A stretch of 64,000 nt of DNA, taken from an uncultured delta proteobacterium (GTDB lineage Bacteria > Desulfobacterota > Binatia > UBA9968). Position numbers and translations under genes: made by a program. The first letter of the stretch is position 1; each line of letters starts with the position of its first letter. The DNA lies in NCBI GenBank assembly GCA_963804165.1, contig CAWDPO010000004.1, positions 64,001-128,000 on the forward strand. Direction: 5' to 3'. The notes beneath the pieces are model-generated. The model searched no databases, was not told the origin of the DNA, and saw only the letters and a program-made list of their open reading frames with translations. Shown piece after piece: positions 19,573 to 29,356 of the stretch.

Positions 19573-19843
19573 GCTTTACGCGATCTGAACTCCCACCGCA
19601 CTGGCATCCTCGCCAGCTCAGCGTTTAATCGATCGATCTCGTCTTTGATCTTTTCATCCTTGGTTCGGTGGTATTGCGTACCAAGCCGGCCAAGGCGCTG
19701 ATCGATCGCATAGCGGACGGCGGCATGAATGCCGGCAAAGTTAACGCGAAGGTTTTGCTGTTGCCCTTCGCCATCGTCATTGGCGTCGGTCGCGGTTTGA
19801 ATAGCTATCAGGCGGGCGCCGGTTGCTGTGCTAGCTAGAGGCG

Positions 19844-20011
19844 CTAGCGCCGAAAGAGCCGGAGACCGACGATCATGACCACGTAGGCCATGGCGGTCGA
19901 GAAGACCAGATTGACGCCCCAGCTGAACGGCTCCAGCATTTTGGCGAGGATCAAGCCCAGGCTCCCGGCGCCTACGAGATAAAGCACCAGTTTGATGCGC
20001 GGAACTCCCAT
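19844..20011 (-). CDS. 55-aa two-TM membrane protein (not in ORF track)
   Basis: MGVPRIKLVLYLVGAGSLGLILAKMLEPFSWGVNLVFSTAMAYVVMIVGLRLFRR. Confidence 0.5.
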   Translation of the reverse strand: MGVPRIKLVLYLVGAGSLGLILAKMLEPFSWGVNLVFSTAMAYVVMIVGLRLFRR

Positions 20012-20289
20012 TTGCGTTCCGGCCCTGGCTGACCTGGCGAGATGTAGTAAGAAAAACGCGGTTAATTTTCGATGGGCAATCTTACACTACCGTGTCGGTG
20101 TGGCTGAATCTACCTATCACAGCAAATTGACAAATATCCCTGCTCGGCTTGCGTTATCGCGGAATCGGTCGGCGCACTATAGCGAGTTGCCGGCGCAGTT
20201 TATCGATCTCGGCCTTGTTCTCTCGGAAGCCAGCGCCAAGCTCATTCATTTTGTCCACGAGCAGAACGATGCATGCCTGTTGAATGCCT

Positions 20290-20865
20290 CTAGTCGCGAC
20301 CCGTAGCGCTTCGCGGAGTTCTGTTTTTTCCCGATCGTTTCGCCTTTCGTTTATATTCTTGCGCCTTTTCAACCTTGGTTCCGAAGCTGCCATGCTTCCA
20401 CTCGACACTTCCCCGATCGCCGATGATCAGATAGCGCAGAGCCTTCGTTACGGAGCTTGCCGCGATTCCGCCGCGCTGTTCGATTTCCCGCTCACAACTA
20501 TCCCGCCGACCATAAACAAAATCGCCGGTAAGGCAAAAACGCATACCGGTGAATTCGGACGTCGGTACTTCATCAAACGCGAACTGCGATACATGATTCG
20601 GCGCCGCAAGGTTTTCGGCCGTTCCGCCAATGAGTTCCTGTAGAGTATCAAGTAAGTAAGTGCGCTCGGTCTCAGTCACAATTCCATCGGCTAGGACACT
20701 TTTGACGCGCGCATGAACAATATCGCCTGGCCAACCCGCGCAGATTTCATCGTTAGAGACCAGCCAATCGTTAAGAAACTTGATTTCGGTGTCGTTCAAG
20801 TGACCGTCGCAGACCATTCCTTGAGCGATTCCGAGCAACGCACGCAATCGGCTACTGTGCTGCAA
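20290..20865 (-). CDS. BRCT domain-containing protein (ends possibly truncated)
   Basis: LLGIAQGMVCDGHLNDTEIKFL...FCLTGDFVYG...GG...VTKALRYLIIG...WKHGSFGTKVEKA. Confidence 0.75.
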   Translation of the reverse strand: MQHSSRLRALLGIAQGMVCDGHLNDTEIKFLNDWLVSNDEICAGWPGDIVHARVKSVLADGIVTETERTYLLDTLQELIGGTAENLAAPNHVSQFAFDEVPTSEFTGMRFCLTGDFVYGRRDSCEREIEQRGGIAASSVTKALRYLIIGDRGSVEWKHGSFGTKVEKAQEYKRKAKRSGKNRTPRSATGRD

Positions 20866-20899
20866 CCAGAAGAATTAACCACACCTAACCGGAGGAGAC

Positions 20900-22006
20900 A
20901 TGGTCGACTTTATCAACCCATCACACCCATCGGAATTTGCAGTTTTAAGACTTGTTGCCGAAGCGCAAGAGGGCGGCGGCGATGTCTTCGATATCGGTCG
21001 TCTCTGCAGAACACTCGAGCCCGACGATAGGGTCGGGTGGGAAAAAGGTTGGCTTGGGCTCGCCGAGGCAACCGAAGCCAAGGCCAAGCACGAGCTGGCA
21101 TTAGGCCACAAGCGAACCGCTATGCAGTTTTTCTTCCATGCGAACCAATATTACCGAATGTCCGACGTGTTCCTCGCCGGCGATGAGCTGGAGCGCAGAA
21201 AGGCGCGCTTTCTAAAGTGCCAGGAAGACTTCCACGCCGCGGCAAAATTGCATTCTCCGAGGATCGAAACGATCAAAATCCCTTGCGGTGCAGAATACGA
21301 AGGTTACTTCTGTCATCCGGTAAACCCGGCGCCAGGCAAGTGGCCCGTGGTTTTTCTCATCGGCGGTGCTGATGCGTTCTCGGAAGAACTCTACTTCGAC
21401 GGCCGTCCCGCCACAGAGCGCGGCTGGGCTTTACTGCTGGTCGACACGCCAGGGCGCGGTTCGTCGATCTATGTGAAAGGCATTCCTGCGCGGCCGGACT
21501 ATGAAGTCCCGGTCAAGGCTTGCTTCGACTATTTGGTTTCTCGACCCGAGGTGGATCCGAATAGAATTGCCGTCATCGGCATCAGTATGGCCGGCTACTA
21601 CGCGCCGCGCGCGGTCGCTTTCGAGCCGCGCACGAAAGCCTATATCGGCTGGTCGGGCTGCTACAGCGTGTTGGACGATCTCTACGAGTTTTGCCCAAAT
21701 CTGCGGACGACCGTGCGGCGCCTTCTCGGCGGCGTGACCGACGAGCAAGCTCGCGAGCAGCTTAAGGCGTTCACCATGGAAGGCATTTCGCAGAATATCA
21801 AATGTCCGACGTTGATTACCCACGGCGGTCACGACATCCGCATGAGCGTCGAAGGCGCCAAGCGGCTCTTCAACGAGATCGGCGCCAAGGACAAGACTCT
21901 GAAAATCTACGACGACCCAAAAGCCGGCGGGACAATTCACTGCAGCCACGACTACTGGGCGCACAACGTCCCGTTCATGCTCGACTGGCTCGAAGAACGT
22001 CTATAA
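20900..22006 (+). CDS. Alpha/beta hydrolase (FrsA / 2,6-dihydropseudooxynicotine hydrolase-like)
   Basis: GGAG RBS; GGADAFSEE, DTPGRG and GISMAGYYAPR nucleophile elbow; HCSHD. Confidence 0.85.
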   Translation: MVDFINPSHPSEFAVLRLVAEAQEGGGDVFDIGRLCRTLEPDDRVGWEKGWLGLAEATEAKAKHELALGHKRTAMQFFFHANQYYRMSDVFLAGDELERRKARFLKCQEDFHAAAKLHSPRIETIKIPCGAEYEGYFCHPVNPAPGKWPVVFLIGGADAFSEELYFDGRPATERGWALLLVDTPGRGSSIYVKGIPARPDYEVPVKACFDYLVSRPEVDPNRIAVIGISMAGYYAPRAVAFEPRTKAYIGWSGCYSVLDDLYEFCPNLRTTVRRLLGGVTDEQAREQLKAFTMEGISQNIKCPTLITHGGHDIRMSVEGAKRLFNEIGAKDKTLKIYDDPKAGGTIHCSHDYWAHNVPFMLDWLEERL

Positions 22007-22100
22007 AAGCTCAGGGAGCCGGACCAACAATGTGTAGACCGGATGATAACTGTTTGCGTTGTCATCCCGAGCGACAGACTGCGTGAAAACTCTCACGGAG

Positions 22101-22196
22101 CCCTTCGACTCTGCTCAGGGCGAACGGATAAGGACTCAAGTCTAATAACCCACACCGTTCGTGCTGGCCCAGCCTGCCCTGAGCAAAGCCGAAGGG
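22101..22196. repeat. Palindromic intergenic repeat, copy 1
   Basis: cccttcgactctgctcagggcgaacggataa...ccgttcgtgctg...gccgaaggg; similar to 44300..44374. Confidence 0.7.
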
Positions 22197-22398
22197 AACC
22201 ATTTCACCCAGTCCAACGGAGCGACAAATCTATTCGAAACCAAGCTGCAGCTCAGCGCCATCCTAAGTCGCCGTTCCTTCAATCATATTCCTGCTGGCGC
22301 CTCGACCTTACAAATTCGTCAGTCCAGGTGAACCATCGCTGGGCTCACGCCTGCCGAAGTCAACGTTCTTGATCACTCTTTAGGCAAGCGCCCGGCAC

Positions 22399-23062
22399 AT
22401 GGGTAAGCACATCGCCGGAAATCCGAGCATCATCGTCGAAAACATGGCCGAAGCCGCAAGTCTGATCTCGGCGAATTATGTTTACAAAGCCGCCAAGCCC
22501 GACGGACTCACAATCGGTCATTTCATCGGCGGACGACGTTCCCCATGTGCTTCAGGCCGCGCTCGGCCTGCCGCCTGCAAGTCGTGTCGGGATACAAAGG
22601 TACCGCCGATATTCGCATCGCGGGCCGAAAGCGGCGAAGTGGCCTTCTGAACCGGCTGGGAATCTTTCAAATCGACCTGGCGCAAATCGCTCGATTCAGG
22701 TGACGCATTTATCGCCGTTCAAGCGGTCGCCAAACCTCATCCCGAGCTGCCCAAAGTGCCTCTGGCGATGAATTACGCCAAAACCGAGGAGGCCAAAAAA
22801 CTGATTCAGGTTGGCGCCCATGACCCTGGCACGCTCGCGCGCCCTTTCGTCTTACCTCCGGGCACTCCGAAGGATCGGGTGCAAATCCTGCGCAAGGTGT
22901 TCGCGGACACCATGGACGATGCGGAATTCCTCGCCGAAGCCAAGAAGAGCAACCTGGATATCAGCCCTCTATCCGGGGAGGATGTGGCGAAGACGGTGGA
23001 GAATATTTTTAAGATCGGCCTGCCATCGCCGCCAAGTTGAAGCAGATCCTGCTGTTCAAGTA
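22399..23062 (+). pseudogene. Tripartite tricarboxylate transporter (Bug/TctC-like) substrate-binding protein remnant
   Basis: RHMGKHIAGNPSIIVENM...KPDGLTIG then HPELPKVPLA...RPFVLPPGTPKDRVQILRK; N-terminus and centre missing. Confidence 0.75.
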
Positions 23063-23082
23063 GGGGCGACCGGCGGTCGCCC
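23060..23082 (+). repeat. REP-like GTAG hairpin between convergent genes
   Basis: GTAG-GGGCGACC-GGC-GGTCGCCC. Confidence 0.7.
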
Positions 23083-23109
23083 GTTACTCATGGGCGCGCA
23101 CGTCGCTTG

Positions 23110-23517
23110 CTACTGCACGAGTTGTGGCGCCGGTTGAATCACTTCAACAGGCAACGAGCCGATGTGCTCGCCATCGCTGTCAATGGCAAATTCGTAAGCA
23201 CCAGGCCCAGGGACGGTTAGATTGGCCACGCGCAAGTTGATGTTGGCGTGATAAAGATTGGTCACGTTGTTCCGTTCAATGACCTGGTGTCTGGCATCCG
23301 CGCGCATTACAGACTGTCCCTCCACCCTGCGGAATTCGATGGTGAGGCCATGATCGCCCGCGCCGTCAAATCCTACTTGAGCGAAAAGCCAAAACGTCGG
23401 CAGAGGAGCGCGAAAGTCGCCGACGATAAACCGGTCGAAAAGCCCCATGAGACTGAACTTGCCCGACTTCTCTTCGCGCACGTCATCGCACAGGGTGGCA
23501 AGGAATAATTTCGCCAT
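23110..23517 (-). CDS. Hypothetical beta-sandwich protein (DUF6941-like)
   Basis: MAKLFLATLCDDVREEKSGKFSLMGLFDR...PGPGAYEFAI. Confidence 0.7.
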   Translation of the reverse strand: MAKLFLATLCDDVREEKSGKFSLMGLFDRFIVGDFRAPLPTFWLFAQVGFDGAGDHGLTIEFRRVEGQSVMRADARHQVIERNNVTNLYHANINLRVANLTVPGPGAYEFAIDSDGEHIGSLPVEVIQPAPQLVQ

Positions 23518-23537
23518 GAGACTCGCTTCCGCATCCG

Positions 23538-24818
<1,281 letters not shown>

Positions 24819-25190
24819 CTACGATAGCTCGAAGGCATTCTCGATGTGTTCCACCACGGGTTCGCGTCCCGGCCAAGAGATGCCGACGACGTCGAACCGA
24901 GCATCGCGCTGATGGAGTTTCTTTTCCGCGAGAAAATACTGCGCCGCCTGAGTCATCTTTTGCTGCTTTCTAAACTCGACAGCCTCGAACGGCGTCCCGA
25001 AAGCGTGACCGGTACGCGTTTTTACTTCGACGAAAACAACCACGCGGCGATCTAAAACAATCAGGTCAAGCTCGCCCAAGGGGCAGCGATAGTTGCGCTC
25101 GACCAGTTTGTAACCTTTTTTTATGAGATACCGCTCCGCGATCCGCTCGCCTTCTTTACCGAGCACCTGTTTGCCGTTATTCAGGCTCAT
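24819..25190 (-). CDS. yraN: YraN family protein
   Basis: GKEGERIA...RNYRCPLGELDLI...FVEVKTR...RFDVV. Confidence 0.92.
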   Translation of the reverse strand: MSLNNGKQVLGKEGERIAERYLIKKGYKLVERNYRCPLGELDLIVLDRRVVVFVEVKTRTGHAFGTPFEAVEFRKQQKMTQAAQYFLAEKKLHQRDARFDVVGISWPGREPVVEHIENAFELS

Positions 25191-25906
25191 TGTTCGAACA
25201 GCGGCCCGTTCGTCTCTTGTTGCGGCGACACTTCGCGCACCGGCTTAAAACTTTGGCGGTGAACCGGCGACGGTCCATAGCGGCGCAACGCTTCAAAATG
25301 CGCTGCACAACTGTAGCCTTTATGGCTGGCAAACCCATATTCCGGGTATTTTTTGTCGAGCTCGATCATCATCGCGTCGCGCGCAACTTTCGCGAGAATC
25401 GATGCCGCGGCGATGGAGATACATAATTGATCGCCCTTGATTATAGTCTTTTGATACAGCGATCTGCCGCCAGTGAATTTTCCCATGCGAAACAGCGACC
25501 CCGGTATGGGCTGGTTTCCATCGATCAACACGCAATCCGGTTTCGAATTCAAGGCGGCCAGCGCTTTGACCATGGCGAGCAAGCTGGCCTGCAAGATATT
25601 GATCCGATCGATCTCGTCGACCTCACCGACGCCAATACCCCAGCAAAGCGATTCCTGCCGGATCACCGGCGCCAATTTCTCTCGCTGCAGCGCCGACAGC
25701 AATTTCGAGTCTTTGATCTCGGCGTGAGTAAAGCCGCGCGGCAGGATCACCGCCGCGGCAACCACGGGACCGGCGAGCGGACCGCGTCCGGCTTCGTCGA
25801 TACCGGCAATAAATTGGAACCCGCGCGTGTAGCTCCGTTCTTCGAAATCACGAAACTGCAGTGCCTCTTTCGCCTCCGCCACCAATGACAACTGTCCGCC
25901 TTTCAC
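25187..25906 (-). CDS. rnhB: Ribonuclease HII
   Basis: GIDEAGRGPLAGPV, DSK, IDG, KGD...AAASILAKV and HKGY motifs. Confidence 0.96.
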   Translation of the reverse strand: MKGGQLSLVAEAKEALQFRDFEERSYTRGFQFIAGIDEAGRGPLAGPVVAAAVILPRGFTHAEIKDSKLLSALQREKLAPVIRQESLCWGIGVGEVDEIDRINILQASLLAMVKALAALNSKPDCVLIDGNQPIPGSLFRMGKFTGGRSLYQKTIIKGDQLCISIAAASILAKVARDAMMIELDKKYPEYGFASHKGYSCAAHFEALRRYGPSPVHRQSFKPVREVSPQQETNGPLFEQ

Positions 25907-26021
25907 GGTGTCTATTGTTAGCGAAAAGGTCCTCTAACTGCAAATAAAATAACCTCTTTAGGTTGTCAGGCACGCCGTAACTCTATTGGAATTGGTCGCG
26001 CCCTTATGTTAAAAATTTGCT

Positions 26022-26309
26022 ATGAAATTGACCCGCGAGGAAATTGAGCGCGTCGCGGTTTTGGCGAGACTGCGACTGACGCCCGAAGAGCAGGCAAGCC
26101 TCACCGAAGAGCTTGATCACATTCTCGGCTATATGGAGAAGTTAAACCAGCTCGATACCGCGGACGTCGAACCGTTTAGCCACGCCGTCAATATCGAAAA
26201 TTCCCTGCGCGAAGACCAAATCACCAATCAGCCCAACGCCGACGCGCTATTGGCCAACGCGCCCGACCGCGACGCGACTTTCTTCAAAGTTCCGAAGATC
26301 ATCGAATGA
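26022..26309 (+). CDS. gatC: Asp/Glu-tRNA amidotransferase subunit C
   Basis: VAVLARL...LRED...NAP...FFKVPKIIE; precedes gatA. Confidence 0.95.
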   Translation: MKLTREEIERVAVLARLRLTPEEQASLTEELDHILGYMEKLNQLDTADVEPFSHAVNIENSLREDQITNQPNADALLANAPDRDATFFKVPKIIE

Positions 26310-27772
26310 GTCTCGCTCAGCTTACGCTACACGAGGCGAGTGACAAACTGCACAAGTGCGAGCTTAGCTCTGTGGAGCTGACCGAAGCAGTTTTTCAACG
26401 CATCGCCGACACCGAAGATAAGGTTCATGCTTATCTGACGTTGGCGCGGGATGCCGCCATCGACCAAGCTCGACAAGCCGATAAGGACCTAAAGCAACCT
26501 GGCGAGCACGCAGCGCTTTTAGGGATACCGCTTGCGCTCAAAGACAATTTTCTCACCAAAGGCCTACGCACGACCTGCGCGTCAAAAATTCTCGGTGACT
26601 TCATTTCACCCTACGATGCCACGACGGTCGATAAGGTTCGTACGGCCGGCGCGATCATTATCGGGAAAACCAATCTCGACGAATTCGCCATGGGCTCCTC
26701 CGTCGAGAACTCGGCTTTTTTTTCGACGTGCAATCCGTGGGACCTGGAGCGAATACCGGGCGGGTCATCCGGCGGCTCAGCAGCCGCCGTCGCCGCTGAT
26801 GAATGTATTGTGGCGCTCGGTACTGACACCGGCGGGTCCATTCGTCAGCCCGCCGCTTGTTGCGGCATCGTTGGGCTCAAGCCGACCTACGGCCGAGTCA
26901 GCCGCTATGGAATTATTGCTTTTGCGTCTTCGATGGATCAGGTCGGTCCGATGACTAAAGACGTGCGCGATGCGGCGCTGTTGCTCGAAGCGATTGCGGG
27001 ACATGATCCGGCTGATTCGACCTCCGTCAACGCAAGCGTGCCACGCTACGCCGCGGCGCTTAAGGGCGACATCAAAGGGCTACGTCTGGGCATTCCGAAA
27101 GAGTATTTCGTGTCAGGCATGCAAATCGAAGTGGGAGAAGCCGTGCGCAGTGCCATTCGCGAACTAGAGAAACACGGCGCCGTGATCGAAGAGATTTCGT
27201 TGCCGCACACGGAATATGCGGTGGCGGTCTACTACATTGTCGCCACAGCCGAAGCGAGCTCGAATCTGGCCCGCTACGATGGCATGCGCTACGGCTACCG
27301 CGCCAACGCCAAAGACCTAACCGAGACCTATATGCTGACCCGCGACCAAGGATTCGGCGCCGAAGTCAAACGTCGCATCATCCTTGGCACGTACGCGTTA
27401 TCGGCCGGCTACTACGACGCTTATTATCTCAAAGCGCAGCGCGTGCGCACGCTGATCAGAAAAGATTTTGACGCCGCCTTCGAGCGCTGCGACGTGATCG
27501 TCACGCCGACTGCACCGACCACCGCCTTCAGGCTCGGCGAAAAGACTCAAGACCCATTGCAAATGTATCTATCTGACATCTACACGATATCGATCAACCT
27601 GGCCGGCTTGCCCGCGATCTCTCTACCCTGTGGCTTCGATGGTGAGGGCATGCCTATCGGACTACAGATCATCGGCAAACATTTCGACGAAGCAACGATT
27701 CTCCGCGTGGCTAATACTTATGAGCGAGCGACGGAGTGGCACAAGAAAAAACCGAGGATCCAGGATCGATGA
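26306..27772 (+). CDS. gatA: Asp/Glu-tRNA amidotransferase subunit A
   Basis: [32 protein letters not shown] and EVKRRIILG motifs. Confidence 0.97.
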   Translation: MSLAQLTLHEASDKLHKCELSSVELTEAVFQRIADTEDKVHAYLTLARDAAIDQARQADKDLKQPGEHAALLGIPLALKDNFLTKGLRTTCASKILGDFISPYDATTVDKVRTAGAIIIGKTNLDEFAMGSSVENSAFFSTCNPWDLERIPGGSSGGSAAAVAADECIVALGTDTGGSIRQPAACCGIVGLKPTYGRVSRYGIIAFASSMDQVGPMTKDVRDAALLLEAIAGHDPADSTSVNASVPRYAAALKGDIKGLRLGIPKEYFVSGMQIEVGEAVRSAIRELEKHGAVIEEISLPHTEYAVAVYYIVATAEASSNLARYDGMRYGYRANAKDLTETYMLTRDQGFGAEVKRRIILGTYALSAGYYDAYYLKAQRVRTLIRKDFDAAFERCDVIVTPTAPTTAFRLGEKTQDPLQMYLSDIYTISINLAGLPAISLPCGFDGEGMPIGLQIIGKHFDEATILRVANTYERATEWHKKKPRIQDR

Positions 27773-27821
27773 TGGAGCATCGCGATTCACTCTCGATCTT
27801 CTACTCCCGACTTGTGAAATC

Positions 27822-29276
27822 ATGAAATACGAACCCGTTATAGGCTTGGAAGTCCATGCCCAGTTATTGACCGAGTCAAAAATCTTCTGCGGCTGTTCGA
27901 CTAAATTCGGCCAAGAGCCCAATCAAAACACTTGTCCGGTTTGCACCGGTTTCCCGGGCGTCTTGCCGGTACTCAATAGACGCGTCGTCGAATTGGCGAT
28001 CAAGGCGGGGCTGGCAACCCACTGCAAGATCGCGCGCTCGAGCATTCTGGCGCGTAAGAATTACTTTTATCCGGATCTGCCCAAAGGTTATCAAATCAGC
28101 CAATACGAGTTACCCGTCTGTACCGGCGGCTATATCGACGTGGATATCGATGGAACTCAAAAGCGCGTGCGCCTAACGCGTATTCACATGGAAGAAGACG
28201 CTGGAAAAAATATTCACGACGCCCACAGCGACGCTAGTTTAGTCGATCTAAACCGCGCCGGCGTGCCGCTCTTGGAAATCGTCAGCGAGCCGGACATGCG
28301 CACCGCGGCGGACGCCGGCGTTTATTTGCGAACTCTCAGGCAAATCCTCCAGTATCTCGAGGTGTGCGACGGCAACATGGAGGAAGGCAGTTTTCGCTGC
28401 GACGCCAATGTGTCGGTACGCCCCGAGGAAACCGATGCGTTGGGCACGAAGATCGAAATCAAGAATTTGAATTCGTTCAAGGCCGTCGAAAACGCCATCA
28501 AGTTTGAAACCCAGCGACAGATCGAAACCCTGTCGGAAGGCGGCAGCCTCTTCCAGGAAACCCGCCTATGGGACGAACATCGCGGGAAAACTCGCGCCAT
28601 GAGATCAAAGGAATCAGCGCACGACTATCGCTACTTTCCCGACCCGGACCTTCTGCCGCTCGTCATCGACCAAGCTTGGATCGCGGAGGTTCGCGCCGGG
28701 CTGCCGGAGCTGCCGTCCGCGCGCCAGGCTCGTTTCATCGCCGAGTATAGACTGCCCGTTTACGATGCGGAGCTGCTGACCGGCCGAAAAGACATCGCCG
28801 ATTATTTTGAGGATGCCGTGAAAGCGCAGGCGAATACCAAAGCGCTCGCCAACTGGATTGTCGGTAATCTGTTCCGCGTCCTCAAAGAACGCAAACTCGA
28901 CGAGCAACTTTACATTTCGCAATGGCCGGTGGCCGCTGAGCATTTAGCGCAGTTGGTGCGAATGATCGATGACGGCAAGATCAGCGGAAAAATCGCCAAG
29001 ACGGTATTCGACGCGATGATTGACTCGAATAATCCGCCGCAACAAATTGTCGGCGAGAAGGGCTTGGAACAGGTTTCCGATGAGGGCAGAATAGAGGCAG
29101 CCATCGACCAGGTACTCGCTTCAAATCCGAAACAAATTGCGCAGTATCAGTCCGGCAACGAAAAAGTCTTTGGCTATTTTGTCGGCCAAATCATGAAAGC
29201 GACGCAGGGCAAAGCCAATCCCCAGAAGGTAAACGAGATCCTCCGAGAAAAGCTAGAAAGCTCAGGTCATCAGTGA
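27822..29276 (+). CDS. gatB: Asp/Glu-tRNA amidotransferase subunit B
   Basis: MKYEPVIGLEVHAQL, RKNYFYPDLPKGYQISQ, HMEEDAGK and DYRYFPDPDL motifs. Confidence 0.97.
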   Translation: MKYEPVIGLEVHAQLLTESKIFCGCSTKFGQEPNQNTCPVCTGFPGVLPVLNRRVVELAIKAGLATHCKIARSSILARKNYFYPDLPKGYQISQYELPVCTGGYIDVDIDGTQKRVRLTRIHMEEDAGKNIHDAHSDASLVDLNRAGVPLLEIVSEPDMRTAADAGVYLRTLRQILQYLEVCDGNMEEGSFRCDANVSVRPEETDALGTKIEIKNLNSFKAVENAIKFETQRQIETLSEGGSLFQETRLWDEHRGKTRAMRSKESAHDYRYFPDPDLLPLVIDQAWIAEVRAGLPELPSARQARFIAEYRLPVYDAELLTGRKDIADYFEDAVKAQANTKALANWIVGNLFRVLKERKLDEQLYISQWPVAAEHLAQLVRMIDDGKISGKIAKTVFDAMIDSNNPPQQIVGEKGLEQVSDEGRIEAAIDQVLASNPKQIAQYQSGNEKVFGYFVGQIMKATQGKANPQKVNEILREKLESSGHQ

Positions 29277-29356
29277 GCGGCGCCTGCCGGGCTAACCTTC
29301 CGCGCATGACGCCGCCGAGCCCCTCAGGCTTCTAATGAGTTACGCGAACTGAATTA

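Larger units (their letters stand above)
8864..20870. mobile_element. Integrative phage-satellite-like (PICI-like) element at tRNA-Ser(TGA); right boundary uncertain
   Basis: int, two HTH genes, two P27 TerS-like genes, PriCT-1/AAA_25 replicase and small hypotheticals mostly on one strand; no capsid, portal, TerL or tail genes; no second att copy found. Confidence 0.7.

Noticed and set aside
8864-20870. Complete prophage
   Set aside because: No recognisable capsid, portal, TerL, tail or lysis genes
27630-27821. N-terminal extension of GatB in the ORF track
   Set aside because: Overlaps gatA and a repeat hairpin; the conserved start MKYEPVIGLEVH is at 27822
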